Assembly (NCBI GenBank): GCA_030698625.1
Contig: JAUYMS010000003.1
Coordinates: forward strand, 83,471-147,470
Direction of reading: 5' to 3'
Origin: Candidatus Omnitrophota bacterium
GTDB taxonomy: Bacteria > Omnitrophota > Omnitrophia > Omnitrophales > Aquincolibacteriaceae
DNA: 64,000 bases
Below are positions 46,925 through 57,148 of this stretch, one piece after another; the first letter of the stretch is position 1; each line of letters starts with the position of its first letter. The translations under genes and the position numbers were made by a program. The notes beneath the pieces are model-generated. The model saw nothing but the letters and a program-made list of their open reading frames with translations. It was not told the DNA's origin and did no database searches.

Positions 46925-48427
46925 TTACTCGAAAGTGGCTTTAAATTTAGTGACCGCGGAGGTTAATTTCTTTTTTAGGTCATCGCTCAAAGCCTTTTTT
47001 TCACGAATCTCATGCAGGATGTCGTGGTACTGTGCGTCGACAAACTCGAGCAGACGCCGCTCAAATTCTGCGCACTTTGCTAAGGCGACATCGTCGAGAT
47101 GGCCTTCGTTACCCGCGAATACGGCAACGACTTGTTTTTCAAATGGGATAGGAACAAGAATGTCCTGTTTGAGGACTTCGACCATGCGCGCACCGCGCGT
47201 CAGCTGATCTTTGGTTGCCTTGTCCAGATCCGTAGAGAGCTGCGCAAAGGCGGCGAGTTCGCGGTACTGCGCAAGGGCTAAACGTAATTGACCGGCCACC
47301 TGTTTCATGGCCTTGGTTTGTGCATTACCACCGACACGAGAAACCGACAAGCCGACGTTAATGGCCGGACGCACGCCGGCATAAAAGAGATCGGTCTCGA
47401 GATAAATTTGCCCGTCGGTAATGGAGATAACGTTGGTCGGCACATACGCCGAGACGTCACCGAGCTGGGTTTCGATAACCGGCAACGCTGTCAGTGAGCC
47501 TGCCCCTAGATCATCGCGAAGTTTTGCGGCGCGCTCCAGCAGGCGGGAGTGAATGTAAAAGACGTCACCCGGATAAGCCTCGCGGCCCGGCGGGCGCTGT
47601 AAAAGAAGCGAGAGTTCGCGGTAGGCAACGGCGTGCTTCGAAAGGTCGTCGTAAACGACCAGCGCATGCTTTCCGGAATGCATAATCTCTTCACCGATCG
47701 CGCAACCGGCATAAGGCGCCAGGTATTGCAGCGGTGCCGGATCTTCCGAAGAGGCGCACACGATCGTGGTGTATTGCATCGCGCCGTGTTTTTCGAGCGT
47801 TTGTGCCAGGGCTACGACACTTGAGAGCTTCTGCCCGATCGCGACATAGATACACTGAACACCACTGTCCTTCTGGTTGATGATGGTGTCGATTAGGATT
47901 GCCGTTTTTCCCGTTTGACGGTCACCGATAACCAGTTCGCGTTGTCCGCGGCCAATCGGAATCATCGCGTCGATGGCCTTGATGCCTGTCTGCAGAGGTT
48001 CCTTCACCGGTTGACGTTCGATCACCGAAGGCGGAACCGTTTCCATGGGACGTTTCTTATCGGCGGCGATGGCACCTTTGCCGTCGAGCGGTTCGCCGAT
48101 CGGGCTGATGACGCGGCCAACGAGGGCTTTGCCGACGGGAACTTCAGCAATGCGGCCTGTGCGCTTGACCTGATGGCCTTCTTTGATACCCGAAACGGGA
48201 CCGAGAACGACGACACCGACATTGTCCGGTTCCAGGTTCAATACGAGGCCGGTGGTTCCGTTGGGAAAGGTGACAAGCTCGCCGGCCATCACCTCATCGA
48301 GACCATAAACGCGGGCAATACCGTCACCCACCTGGAGCACGTAACCGACCGACTCCATCTTCAGCTTGGTTTCGTACTTTTGAATTTCAGTCTGTATTGC
48401 CTGTACGACTTCTTCCGGTTTTAGCAT
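46925..48427 (-). CDS. atpA: F1 ATP synthase alpha subunit
   Basis: Walker A GDRQTGKT, 500 aa, position in the operon. Confidence 0.97.
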   Translation of the reverse strand: MLKPEEVVQAIQTEIQKYETKLKMESVGYVLQVGDGIARVYGLDEVMAGELVTFPNGTTGLVLNLEPDNVGVVVLGPVSGIKEGHQVKRTGRIAEVPVGKALVGRVISPIGEPLDGKGAIAADKKRPMETVPPSVIERQPVKEPLQTGIKAIDAMIPIGRGQRELVIGDRQTGKTAILIDTIINQKDSGVQCIYVAIGQKLSSVVALAQTLEKHGAMQYTTIVCASSEDPAPLQYLAPYAGCAIGEEIMHSGKHALVVYDDLSKHAVAYRELSLLLQRPPGREAYPGDVFYIHSRLLERAAKLRDDLGAGSLTALPVIETQLGDVSAYVPTNVISITDGQIYLETDLFYAGVRPAINVGLSVSRVGGNAQTKAMKQVAGQLRLALAQYRELAAFAQLSTDLDKATKDQLTRGARMVEVLKQDILVPIPFEKQVVAVFAGNEGHLDDVALAKCAEFERRLLEFVDAQYHDILHEIREKKALSDDLKKKLTSAVTKFKATFE

Positions 48428-48442
48428 GATTACAACCTCTTC

Positions 48443-48991
48443 CTAACGTGGAATGGACGCCTTGAGTTTCTGTTTCACTTCCGCAAGACGGCTCTGATAG
48501 CTAGCATCGATTTCAGTACCATTAAAGCGAACAATAAGGCCCCCGATGATCCGGGGGTCCACTTCTTTAACCAGACGAATCTCGGCTTTAAGCTTCTTTG
48601 CGAGCATCTCGACCAATCTCTTTTCATTGGCGTCGCTCATGGTTTCGACAGTCACGGCGACGACTTCCTGCAAGCCCTGCTGTTTTTCATAGAGCTTGCG
48701 GAAATGCCGTTGAATCGCCACCAGTTCTCGAAAGCGCTTCTTCTTGATCAGGATCTTGATGAAGTGAAGGACGAGCGATGATGTCTTCGGAGGAAGGATC
48801 TTGCTGATAAAGTCTTCCTTTTCCGGCCGCGAGATGGTTGAGTTCGCAACCAAATTGGTGATTTCAGCATGTTTTTCAACCAGCAGGCACACGGCTTCGA
48901 GATCCGCATCCGTCTGCTTTAAGGCAGCAGCCTTTTCGGCCAACCCGAAGAGGGCGCGCGAATAACGGCCTGTGGCGCGGTGGTCGATCAT
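48443..48991 (-). CDS. atpH: F1 ATP synthase delta subunit (OSCP)
   Basis: 182 aa. RYSRALFGLAEK... and C-terminal IGGLIVRFNGTEIDASYQSRL are typical delta sequences. Confidence 0.9.
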   Translation of the reverse strand: MIDHRATGRYSRALFGLAEKAAALKQTDADLEAVCLLVEKHAEITNLVANSTISRPEKEDFISKILPPKTSSLVLHFIKILIKKKRFRELVAIQRHFRKLYEKQQGLQEVVAVTVETMSDANEKRLVEMLAKKLKAEIRLVKEVDPRIIGGLIVRFNGTEIDASYQSRLAEVKQKLKASIPR

Positions 48992-49491
48992 CGGGCCTTC
49001 TCAAGCTCCTCTATAATTCCGAGCACCTTGGCTTCCTGCTTTTTGGTGTCGGACATTTCTTCTTTGAGAATCCGCGCGGACACGTTGATGGCGAGATCCG
49101 CGATCTCACGCCTCAGCTCCAGACGGGCCTTGGCAAATTCAACTTCCAGATTCTCTTTTGCTTTTTGAAAGGTCTGTTCCGACTCTTTGCGGGCACCGTC
49201 CTGAATTTCGCGGGCGATGCGCCGTCCTTCATCGACGGCCTCCTGCAATTTGGAGCGGGCCTCGTCATCGATTTTCTGAAGATGAACCGCATATTCCGCC
49301 TTTAGAGTCTCGATCTCTTTCTTCGCGGTTTCAATCCGGTCGAATTCTTTCTTGATTTGGTCTCGGCGCTCCTGGAGCGCCGAGAGGATCGGTCCCCAGG
49401 CCATTTTGCGCAAGGCCCAGAAGACGATCAAAAAAGCCAAGAGTTGAACAATGACCTCTCCCGGAATAATGTTTTGCTTAAAAAAATCCAT
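48988..49491 (-). CDS. atpF: Fo ATP synthase subunit b
   Basis: A single N-terminal TM followed by a long charged coiled coil. Located between atpE and atpH. Confidence 0.88.
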   Translation of the reverse strand: MDFFKQNIIPGEVIVQLLAFLIVFWALRKMAWGPILSALQERRDQIKKEFDRIETAKKEIETLKAEYAVHLQKIDDEARSKLQEAVDEGRRIAREIQDGARKESEQTFQKAKENLEVEFAKARLELRREIADLAINVSARILKEEMSDTKKQEAKVLGIIEELEKAR

Positions 49492-49509
49492 CGGGATCCT
49501 TTCGCAAAA

Positions 49510-49740
49510 TTAGAGTTTGCCTAAAAGGGAAAACCCGAAGACAAGCGCGTACAGAGTAAGCGCTTCGATTAGGGCGCAACCGGCCATCATATTGACAAGA
49601 ATCTTCGTTGCGGCTTCCGGTTGACGCGCCGTGGCATCCATCGCCGCGGCGACGGCTTTGCCCAAAGCAAGGGCCGAAGCGAAGGCCGTCAAAGCTAATC
49701 CTAAAGGTGCTCCCAATGCAATTGCGGTTTGTACATCCAT
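49510..49740 (-). CDS. atpE: Fo ATP synthase subunit c
   Basis: 76-aa helical hairpin with an ARQPE loop and the carboxylate in CALIEALTLYALV. Confidence 0.93.
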   Translation of the reverse strand: MDVQTAIALGAPLGLALTAFASALALGKAVAAAMDATARQPEAATKILVNMMAGCALIEALTLYALVFGFSLLGKL

Positions 49741-49761
49741 CCTGAAACTCCTTCCTTGGTG

Positions 49762-50625
49762 TTAATGAGCCGGAGCAGTTTCTGCTTCGTGCTCGTGGTC
49801 TTCGTGAGGTAATACCAGTGAAATGTAAACAGTCGACAGCAGCATGAAGACGAAGGCCTGAACCAGGCTAAAGATGATCGCCAGCATGTTGCCAAACAAC
49901 TGGAAAAAGAATCCGATATAAAAAGGTGAACCGAGCGTGAGTTGAGCAAAATTTAAGAGCAGTCGGTCTTCACTTGAGATATTGGCAAAAAGACGTAATG
50001 ACAGACTGAACGGCACGGCGCCGAGCTCGAGAATGAGATTGATTACGAGCATGAGCGGGATCAAAATAATACCGAATATGTTCTGCGGATTTCCGGCCAG
50101 GTGCTTGAGGTAATGCCAGACACCCTGTTCGCGTATGCCGGTAATCTGGACATAGACCATGGTGACAAGGGCAATGGCCACGGTTGTCGACCAGGCTGAA
50201 GTGGGCGACTTCATGAAAGGGACGAGGCCTAACCAATTCTGCAAAAGGACATAGAAAAAAAGCGTTCCCAAAAAAGGAGCATGTTTTGTGCCGTGGGGGC
50301 CGAGGATGCCGGTGACAAAGGCCTCGATCGCTTCAAAGAGCACTTCCACGAAATTCCGAATACCCATGGGAATAAGCGTGTCTTTCTTCGCGGCGCGAAT
50401 CGCGACAAGACTAATCAGGCAGGCGATGGCTCCCGAGAAGATGACGTTCTCCCACTGGTGCAGAAAATGGGTCCAGCCCGTGTCGAAGTGGTCGTTTAGG
50501 AGCGTGATCCAGTTGGGGAGCTCATGCGCCTCATGATGCTCCGCCGCATGTTGCACAACTTCATGCACGGCCTCGTGAATGGCCCCGGTAGCGTGGGTTG
50601 TCTCGTGATGAATGGGATCTGCCAT
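49762..50625 (-). CDS. atpB: Fo ATP synthase subunit a (His-rich termini)
   Basis: LSLRLFANISSEDRLL carries the essential Arg, and LLSTVYISL is typical. The N- and C-termini are unusually His-rich. Confidence 0.92.
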   Translation of the reverse strand: MADPIHHETTHATGAIHEAVHEVVQHAAEHHEAHELPNWITLLNDHFDTGWTHFLHQWENVIFSGAIACLISLVAIRAAKKDTLIPMGIRNFVEVLFEAIEAFVTGILGPHGTKHAPFLGTLFFYVLLQNWLGLVPFMKSPTSAWSTTVAIALVTMVYVQITGIREQGVWHYLKHLAGNPQNIFGIILIPLMLVINLILELGAVPFSLSLRLFANISSEDRLLLNFAQLTLGSPFYIGFFFQLFGNMLAIIFSLVQAFVFMLLSTVYISLVLPHEDHEHEAETAPAH

Positions 50626-50634
50626 GAAAGTCGT

Positions 50635-50883
50635 TTATGGTTTGTTGTGGGATTCGTAATTCCGGATTCTCTGAATCAGTTTAACGGTTTGCATCCCGGC
50701 GGCAACAAAGCCCAGCCCAACCGAAACCGGAAGACAAAACTCACCCCAGCCGAACTTGTCGACAAGAACGTACTGGCCGATCAGATACCCAACGACGGGC
50801 CCGCCAAAGAGAATAAGCGGAAGCATCATGACTGCTCCCAGCATCCATAGCTGATGATTGGAATTTCTCTTTGGGTCGGCCAC
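50635..50883 (-). CDS. AtpZ/AtpI-like small membrane protein (GTG start)
   Basis: 82 aa with two TM helices (LWMLGAVMMLPLILFGGPVVGYLIG...), first gene of the atp operon. The start codon reads GTG (plus-strand CAC at 50881-50883). Confidence 0.55.
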   Translation of the reverse strand: MADPKRNSNHQLWMLGAVMMLPLILFGGPVVGYLIGQYVLVDKFGWGEFCLPVSVGLGFVAAGMQTVKLIQRIRNYESHNKP

Positions 50884-50928
50884 AAATCCAAATATGACAA
50901 ATAGTTACAGCGATTTTTGTAAGTCCTT

Positions 50929-50957
50929 ATTATCCAAAAACATGCAAGAGATGTCAA
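50929..50957 (-). promoter_or_regulatory. Sigma-70-type promoter of the atp(-nuo) operon: TTGACA-17 nt-GATAAT
   Basis: On the minus strand, -35 TTGACA corresponds to plus 50952-50957 and -10 GATAAT to plus 50929-50934, with a 17-nt spacer. The -10 lies about 45 nt upstream of the atpZ-like start. Confidence 0.55.
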
Positions 50958-51880
50958 GCAGATAAGGAAAGGACTGTACGGACGACACCTTCGGTGACCC
51001 GGGTGAGAAAATCGAGGTCGAGGGTATCAATTCGGTCTCCAGGGCCGTGATAATGCGGGTTGCGAAAAAAAGAGGTGTCGGTGACCAAAAGTGCCGGATA
51101 ACCGGCATCCCAAAAGGGAGAATGATCGCTTAAGCGGCATTCGGGGATCAACCGGCCTTTGGCGGGCACCTTCAGGGCCTCGACATGCAGTCCTTCAACC
51201 GTTTTAAATGCGGCCTTGGTCTGTTTTAAGAGCGCAGAAGCACGGTTGTCGCCGACCAGGGCAATAAAGGTCCCCGTGCTGGGGTAGAAGGGTTTTAAGA
51301 AGATCGGCAGTTTCTGACTATTGGGTTCGCGGCTTGTGTATCCGATCATTTCCAGCGATAGCATGCCGCGCAAGCTGGTTTTATTTTCCTGCAATTGACG
51401 GACATAGTGAGAACTTCCGACCATCCCGTACTCTTCAGCATTAAAGGCGATAAAATCGATGCCGGCAACCTCGTCGAATGTCGCAAGGAGTCGAGCGGCT
51501 TCTAACAAACCTGCGACACCGCTGGCATTGTCGTCCGCGCCGGGGGTTGAGGGAACGGCATCGAAATGCGCGCCGATGATAAAACGCGCCGATTTGGGAT
51601 CGGCAGTACGGGTCCGGGCTAGAAGGTTGTGAAACGTTCGGCCTTGAAACTCGAAAGGGATCGGCCGCGTGTCGTACCCACAAGAAATTAACTCTTCGCG
51701 AATGTAGGTTTCGATTGCCGCTAGACCTTCAGGGTTTTCAAACAGATCGCGCGGTTGCGAAATATTTTCCAGGTGTTTCTTCAGAAGGGAGGTATCCGCT
51801 TCAACGATTGGCATGTTGGACATGAGTCCATCATAGAAGGTATACGTGGATTTTTCCAGAAAATTGGGATAGATTAACAT
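50954..51880 (-). CDS. M28 family metallopeptidase (aminopeptidase-like)
   Basis: Zinc ligand blocks IIGAHFDAV, ADDNASGVAGLLE, FNAEEYGMVGSSHYV and the C-terminal HYHGPGD. Confidence 0.85.
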   Translation of the reverse strand: MLIYPNFLEKSTYTFYDGLMSNMPIVEADTSLLKKHLENISQPRDLFENPEGLAAIETYIREELISCGYDTRPIPFEFQGRTFHNLLARTRTADPKSARFIIGAHFDAVPSTPGADDNASGVAGLLEAARLLATFDEVAGIDFIAFNAEEYGMVGSSHYVRQLQENKTSLRGMLSLEMIGYTSREPNSQKLPIFLKPFYPSTGTFIALVGDNRASALLKQTKAAFKTVEGLHVEALKVPAKGRLIPECRLSDHSPFWDAGYPALLVTDTSFFRNPHYHGPGDRIDTLDLDFLTRVTEGVVRTVLSLSA

Positions 51881-51882
51881 CC

Positions 51883-52701
51883 ATGAAGTCCCTCCTCCGC
51901 ATCTCCCTGATTTTTGTTCTGGGCGTCGTTATTCTTCTTGGGGGTCTGTATTACTGGCGCAACCAGCTGATCGAAAAGCTGTTCGTAAAATTTGTTGCCG
52001 GCAAGCTTCAATGCGAAGTGACGCTAACCGAAGCGCAACTCGACCTCTTCGCGGCCAAGGCCACTTTTAAGAACATTAAAATTTCCAACCCCGAAATCTT
52101 CAGCCGCGGCACACTGACTGCCATTCGTGAGCTTTACCTGGATTGGGATTTTCCGGCCTTGTTGGAAGGAAGACTGCATTTCTTCGCGGTAAAACTGGAA
52201 GTCGGGACCCTGCGCATTTTGCGCAACAAGCAGGCGCTGATTAATATATTGGAACTGAACGTTTTTAAGGAAGCGGACGGGGCAGAAGGCGAAGAAGCGC
52301 AGCCGAAACGCGATATCAACCTGCAGGTGGACGAGTTTATCCTTATTCTAAATCACGCGACTTATACCGATTTGTCGGGCATCGTACCGCTGCAGAGAAG
52401 CTTCAATTTACACATGAAGGAAATCGCATTTAGTAACCTGACAGACCTCAAGATTCTTGTGAAGATTGTCGGTTGGGAGACGCTCAAGGCAATGGGTATT
52501 GAGGACATGACCAACCTCAACCCCAACCTCCGGGCGCAGCTTGAAAAGATTCGTCCAAGCGCGTCGGAAGGCTTCGTGACTAAGTTTGTGGAGAAGGTGA
52601 AACAGATTGGTGAACCGGGAGCCGTTATCACTGACGAAGCGACTGCTGTTCAAGAGGTGTTGGAGAAGAGTAAGCGGGCAGAGGGAATCGAACCCTCATA
52701 A
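51883..52701 (+). CDS. Hypothetical membrane-anchored protein
   Basis: 272-aa ORF with an N-terminal anchor (LLRISLIFVLGVVILLGGLYYW). No family recognised with confidence. The last 29 nt overlap tRNA-Gly on the opposite strand. Confidence 0.55.
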   Translation: MKSLLRISLIFVLGVVILLGGLYYWRNQLIEKLFVKFVAGKLQCEVTLTEAQLDLFAAKATFKNIKISNPEIFSRGTLTAIRELYLDWDFPALLEGRLHFFAVKLEVGTLRILRNKQALINILELNVFKEADGAEGEEAQPKRDINLQVDEFILILNHATYTDLSGIVPLQRSFNLHMKEIAFSNLTDLKILVKIVGWETLKAMGIEDMTNLNPNLRAQLEKIRPSASEGFVTKFVEKVKQIGEPGAVITDEATAVQEVLEKSKRAEGIEPS

Positions 52702-52743
52702 CGAGCTTGGAAGGCTCGGACTTTACCATTAAGCTATGCCCGC
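52673..52743 (-). tRNA. tRNA-Gly (anticodon UCC)
   Basis: Folded by hand from the minus strand: GCGGGCA-TA-GCTT-AATGGTA-AAGT-C-CGAGC-CTTCCAA-GCTCG-TTAT-GAGGG-TTCGATT-CCCTC-TGCCCGC-T. It has a 7-bp acceptor stem and a TTCGATT T-loop. CCA is not encoded. Confidence 0.9.
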
Positions 52744-52758
52744 ATGGCGGTCCGTGTT

Positions 52759-53604
52759 TTACGAGTACGTGTTCGCTATAGCGCGTTCAGTCGGGACTTT
52801 GACAGCTTTCGCTAAGCGAAAAAATTCTAACACCTTGATCATCCAATAAGTCGTATCAATTTCCCACCACTTCAACCCGTGCCGCGCCGAAGTCTGGAAA
52901 GCATGATGATTATTATGCCAGCCTTCCCCGTAGGTCATTAACGCAACCCACCAGAGATTTTTCGACCGCTCTCCGGTCTTGAAGGTTTGATATCCCCAGA
53001 CGTGAGCGGCGGAATTTACAAACCATGTGGAATGGTAAACGAACACCGTTCGCGCAAATATTCCCCATGTCAGAAACGGCAACCCCCCCCACGCGTAGAG
53101 CGCAATAGCTAGCAGAAGGGTGCTCAGCATGTGATAACTGTTGAGGAAACGATGAACCGGATCCTTGGCTAAATCCGGGGCGTATTGCTTGTATTCATTG
53201 TAATCATCAATCGTCTTATTCCGGCTCATGCACCAACCCATGTGGGCCCAGAAGAAGCCGTGAACCGGGCTATGCGGATCGAGCTCTTCGTCGGAGTTCG
53301 CATGGTGTAAGCGGTGGGCTGCAACCCAAGATATAGGCCCGCCCTGGCAAGCTAGAGTTGCAAAAAAGGTAAGGATGTATTCCACGAATTTAGAGGCCTG
53401 AAAACTGCGATGCGTTAGGAGGCGGTGATAGCAGAGGGTAATTCCCAATCCGCCGGTCACCCAGTGAAGTGCGACGCACAGAAACAGTGCTGACCAGGTA
53501 AAGTTAAAGATTGCCCCGATTGCCAGAATGTGGATGGCTGCAATAAAGCAGAGGGGAACCCAATGCGGTTTGGCGGATTTTTTTACCAGAGCCTGCCCTG
53601 ACAT
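52759..53604 (-). CDS. Acyl-CoA/acyl-lipid delta-9-type fatty acid desaturase
   Basis: Three histidine boxes (HRLLTH, HRLHHANSD, HNNHHAF) with the TM topology typical of membrane desaturases. Confidence 0.88.
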   Translation of the reverse strand: MSGQALVKKSAKPHWVPLCFIAAIHILAIGAIFNFTWSALFLCVALHWVTGGLGITLCYHRLLTHRSFQASKFVEYILTFFATLACQGGPISWVAAHRLHHANSDEELDPHSPVHGFFWAHMGWCMSRNKTIDDYNEYKQYAPDLAKDPVHRFLNSYHMLSTLLLAIALYAWGGLPFLTWGIFARTVFVYHSTWFVNSAAHVWGYQTFKTGERSKNLWWVALMTYGEGWHNNHHAFQTSARHGLKWWEIDTTYWMIKVLEFFRLAKAVKVPTERAIANTYS

Positions 53605-53824
53605 TTCCGTAACTTATTCTCCCATATAGACTTAAGTGTAATCGGCTAGTCTTTAATCCTTACATAATAGAGGATTCTGGCTTCCGTGGCCAGCTATTTT
53701 TAGCCGGTTGTCCACATGGATTAGCATCTTTGCGACTATTTATGATCAATAGGGTAATGCGAGTTAACAATTTCTATCAGCCAGAGGAGCCCCCCCATCG
53801 GCAAATAGGTCAAGGGGGCCTCAA

Positions 53825-53853
53825 TTGACATACGACCTATTCTGCCCTATAAT
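53825..53853 (+). promoter_or_regulatory. Consensus sigma-70 promoter TTGACA-17 nt-TATAAT upstream of nusA
   Basis: TTGACA at 53825-53830 and TATAAT at 53848-53853, with a spacer of exactly 17 nt. Both hexamers match the consensus perfectly. Confidence 0.7.
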
Positions 53854-53889
53854 GCTGACACTTTTTTACGACGGGTGTGCGCGATGATG

Positions 53890-53918
53890 AAGTGGGCCTA
53901 TTTGTAGCCCACTTTTTT
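53890..53918 (+). terminator. Intrinsic-terminator-like hairpin in the nusA leader (attenuator candidate)
   Basis: AAGTGGGC (53890-97), ctatttgta, GCCCACTT (53907-14), with a run of six T at 53913-53918 whose first two T lie in the stem. It sits about 35 nt downstream of the predicted TSS and 30 nt upstream of the nusA ATG. Confidence 0.55.
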
Positions 53919-53948
53919 GTTTCTTAAGAAGGCTATGCGAAAAATACT

Positions 53949-55073
53949 ATGAACGAAGAACTCCTATCATCACTCGAATATATTGAGAAGGAAAAGGGAA
54001 TCGGGAAGGCTGTTCTCATCGATGCCCTTCGCCAGGCGCTTCAGTCTGCCTGCCGTAAGACCTTTCCTCAGCGCGCGGAGATCGACGTTCGTATCGATCC
54101 CGATACCTGCAGCATTCATCTCTTTGATGGTGAAGAAGAGCTTCACGACGCCGATTTTGGCCGCATTGCGGCGCAAACAGCCAAGCAGGTCATTATTCAG
54201 AAGATCCGCGAGGCAGAACGCGAACATATTTTCGACGATTACGCTAAGAAAATTGGCGACATCGTATCGGGGACAGTTCATCGCGTCGAGCGAAAAGCGC
54301 TGATCGTTGATTTCGGCAAGACGGAAGGTATATTGCCGGCCCGCGAACAGTCTCCGCAGGATTTCTTTCGTCAGGGCGATCTCATCCGATCCTATGTCCT
54401 GGAAGTCAAAAAGACATCAAAGGGCCCCGAGATTATTCTTTCGCGTGCGCATGCCGGTTTGGTGAAGCGACTCTTCGAGCTTGAGGTTCCCGAGATTCAC
54501 GACGGTATCGTTCAGATCAAAGGATCAGCGCGAGAAGCGGGTTCGCGCACCAAGATCGCTGTTATTTCGTCCGATGATAAAATCGATTGCGTCGGGTCTT
54601 GCGTTGGCGTGCGCGGTCAGAGGGTAAAAAATATTGTACGGGAACTGGGCGGTGAGAAGATCGATATTATACGGTACAGCTCGGATCTTGAGACGTACAT
54701 GAAAAATTCCCTGGCCCCGGCCCAGATCGCCGAGATCAAGATGGACGAGAAAACCAGGTCCGCCCAGGTTCTGGTAGAGGATGACCAACTGTCGCTGGCC
54801 ATTGGTAAGAAGGGGCAGAACGTGCGCCTGGCATCCAAGCTCCTTGGCTGGAGGCTTGACGTGCGCAGTGTTCACAAAAAGATTCAGTTGGCAGATCTTG
54901 ATGGTATTGGTGAGAAGACCGAAGCTATCCTGAAAGAGGCCGGCATTAAGACGCTCAAAGACATCATCAAGACGACGGCCGAGGAGTTGAAAAAGATTCC
55001 CGGCATCGGAGATAAAACTGCCGAGAAAATTATTATCTCAGCCCATAAAGCCATATTGGAGAAGTCGGACTAA
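53949..55073 (+). CDS. nusA: Transcription termination/antitermination factor NusA
   Basis: N-terminal domain, S1 (GDIVSGTVHRVERKALIVDFG), two KH domains (IDCVGSCVGVRGQRVKNIV; LSLAIGKKGQNVRLASKLLGW) and a C-terminal HhH. Confidence 0.96.
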   Translation: MNEELLSSLEYIEKEKGIGKAVLIDALRQALQSACRKTFPQRAEIDVRIDPDTCSIHLFDGEEELHDADFGRIAAQTAKQVIIQKIREAEREHIFDDYAKKIGDIVSGTVHRVERKALIVDFGKTEGILPAREQSPQDFFRQGDLIRSYVLEVKKTSKGPEIILSRAHAGLVKRLFELEVPEIHDGIVQIKGSAREAGSRTKIAVISSDDKIDCVGSCVGVRGQRVKNIVRELGGEKIDIIRYSSDLETYMKNSLAPAQIAEIKMDEKTRSAQVLVEDDQLSLAIGKKGQNVRLASKLLGWRLDVRSVHKKIQLADLDGIGEKTEAILKEAGIKTLKDIIKTTAEELKKIPGIGDKTAEKIIISAHKAILEKSD

Positions 55074-55078
55074 AGACC

Positions 55079-57124
55079 ATGAGAGTTCACGAATTAGCCA
55101 AGGTGCTGGGAATGACAAGCAAGGATCTGATGGCCCGCATTAAGCAGCTGGGCGGCAGTGTGAAAACGCATATGTCCGTGGTTGACGAGGAACTCTTGAG
55201 CCTGATTCAAGGCAAGATTGAAAGCGGTCAGCAGACAGGCGGGCAGGCCGGAGAGGCTGTAGAGAGTACCGGAGCTAAAGCGGGCGCCGCCGAAGCAGGC
55301 CCGGGCGAAGAGCACAAAAAACAGATTGCGGCCGCAATCAAGGAAGAGGAAGCGACCGTCGAAGGCGGTGCGATCCGGATCAAATTCCCTATCACCGTCG
55401 GGAATTTCAGCAGTGAAATCAAGGTCAGGGTTCCCGAACTGATCAAGGCTTTAATGGGGATAGGTATCTTTGCCAACATCAATCAGCTCTTAAATGAAGC
55501 AATCGGTGCCGCGGTGGCCGAGAAATTAGCCATTAGTATAGAAGGAATTCCGGACGAAGCCGATGCCATCCTCAGCAGAAAAGATAAGGATGAGTTGCAC
55601 GAGAATCTCAAGCCGAGACCGCCGGTCGTGACCATGATGGGTCACGTCGATCATGGTAAGACCTCGCTTCTGGATGCGATTCGCAAGACCAATGTAGCCG
55701 GGGGCGAGAGGGGCGCGATCACGCAGCATATCGGTGCTTATAATGTCGAGATCCCGGGAAAAGGTCAGGTTACGTTTCTTGATACACCGGGCCACGAGGC
55801 CTTTACCGCCATGCGCGCTCGCGGAGCAAATATTACCGACGTTGTGGTTCTTGTGGTGGCCGCCGACGATGGTGTCATGCCTCAAACCATTGAGGCTATC
55901 GATCACGCGCGTGAAGCCCAATGCCCCATCGTTGTTGCCATGAATAAATCCGATCTTCCAACCGCAAATCCGCAAAAGGTGCTTCAGCAATTGCAAAAGC
56001 TAGATTTGGTTGCTGAGGAATGGGGCGGAAAGACTATTATTGTAAAGGTCTCAGCCAAGACGGGCGCAGGCCTGGATAAACTTCTTGATATGTTGCTGCT
56101 CGAAGCCGAAGTTCTGGAACTGAAGGCCAATCCGGACCGGGAGGCCATTGGTACGGTTATCGAAGGGCATCTATCGAAAGGTGCCGGTCCGGTAGCAACC
56201 GTGATTGTGCAGAGGGGAACGCTCAGGCAGGGCGAAATGGTTGTTTGCGGACAGCACATGGGCCGTGTCCGCTACATGAGAAATGACCAGGGGCGAAATC
56301 TAAAAGAGGCCGGGCCGTCCGTTGCCGTCGAGTTGAGCGGTCTTAGCGGAGTTCCGGGCTCGGGCGATATTGTTTACGCCGTTCCGGACGAAAAGACAGC
56401 GCGCAAAATTACTACTAAGAAGGCCCTCGAGATTCGCGAACGTGAGATGAGCGGCGCGGCCAAGCATCTGTCGCTAGCTGAACTCTACGACCGGATCACA
56501 GAAGGTAACTTTAAAGAGTTAAAGCTCGTGATCAAAGCGGATGTGCAAGGGTCGGTAGAGGCCTTGACGCAATCGCTGGAAAAGGTGAGCTCGGAGCGTT
56601 GCCGCGTTCGTGTTATTCACGGCGGCACCGGAGGTATTAATGAATCCGACATTATGTTGGCGGCGGCTTCTGATGCAATCATTATTGGGTTTCATGTAAA
56701 GGCCGATTCGCAGGCCGAGCGCCTCGGCCAAAACGAGGGCGTCGACATTCACTATTATCACATTATCTATGAAGCCGTTGAAAACGTTCGCTTGGCTATG
56801 GAAGGGCTTTTAGACCCGACCCTGAGCGAGGTGACCGAAGGCCGGATTGAAATCCGTCGTATTTTCACATCCTCCAAAGTGGGCACGATTGGTGGCGGCA
56901 TCGTTATTAAAGGAAAGGTGACGCGCACCCATCCCGTACGTGTCCTCCGCGACAATGTGGTTGTGCATGAAGGAAGACTGGGAGCCCTTCGCCGGTTTAA
57001 GGACGATGTGCGCGAAGTTGCCGAAGGTTATGAGTGCGGTGTGTCTTTTCCGAAGTTCGACGATCTCAAAGAAGGTGATGTCGTTGAATCCTATCGAATA
57101 GAAAAAACCGCCACTAAACTTTAA
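55079..57124 (+). CDS. infB: Translation initiation factor IF-2
   Basis: G-domain motifs [13 protein letters not shown] and NKSD. Follows nusA. Confidence 0.97.
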   Translation: MRVHELAKVLGMTSKDLMARIKQLGGSVKTHMSVVDEELLSLIQGKIESGQQTGGQAGEAVESTGAKAGAAEAGPGEEHKKQIAAAIKEEEATVEGGAIRIKFPITVGNFSSEIKVRVPELIKALMGIGIFANINQLLNEAIGAAVAEKLAISIEGIPDEADAILSRKDKDELHENLKPRPPVVTMMGHVDHGKTSLLDAIRKTNVAGGERGAITQHIGAYNVEIPGKGQVTFLDTPGHEAFTAMRARGANITDVVVLVVAADDGVMPQTIEAIDHAREAQCPIVVAMNKSDLPTANPQKVLQQLQKLDLVAEEWGGKTIIVKVSAKTGAGLDKLLDMLLLEAEVLELKANPDREAIGTVIEGHLSKGAGPVATVIVQRGTLRQGEMVVCGQHMGRVRYMRNDQGRNLKEAGPSVAVELSGLSGVPGSGDIVYAVPDEKTARKITTKKALEIREREMSGAAKHLSLAELYDRITEGNFKELKLVIKADVQGSVEALTQSLEKVSSERCRVRVIHGGTGGINESDIMLAAASDAIIIGFHVKADSQAERLGQNEGVDIHYYHIIYEAVENVRLAMEGLLDPTLSEVTEGRIEIRRIFTSSKVGTIGGGIVIKGKVTRTHPVRVLRDNVVVHEGRLGALRRFKDDVREVAEGYECGVSFPKFDDLKEGDVVESYRIEKTATKL

Positions 57125-57148
57125 AAAAGGGTGCAAAAGCCTTTTTGA

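Noticed and set aside
49510-49740. Na+-coupled c-subunit signature in atpE.
   Set aside because: The carboxylate context is ...LIEALTLY... with Ala, not Ser/Thr, after Glu, and no helix-1 Gln, so there is no evidence for Na+ specificity.
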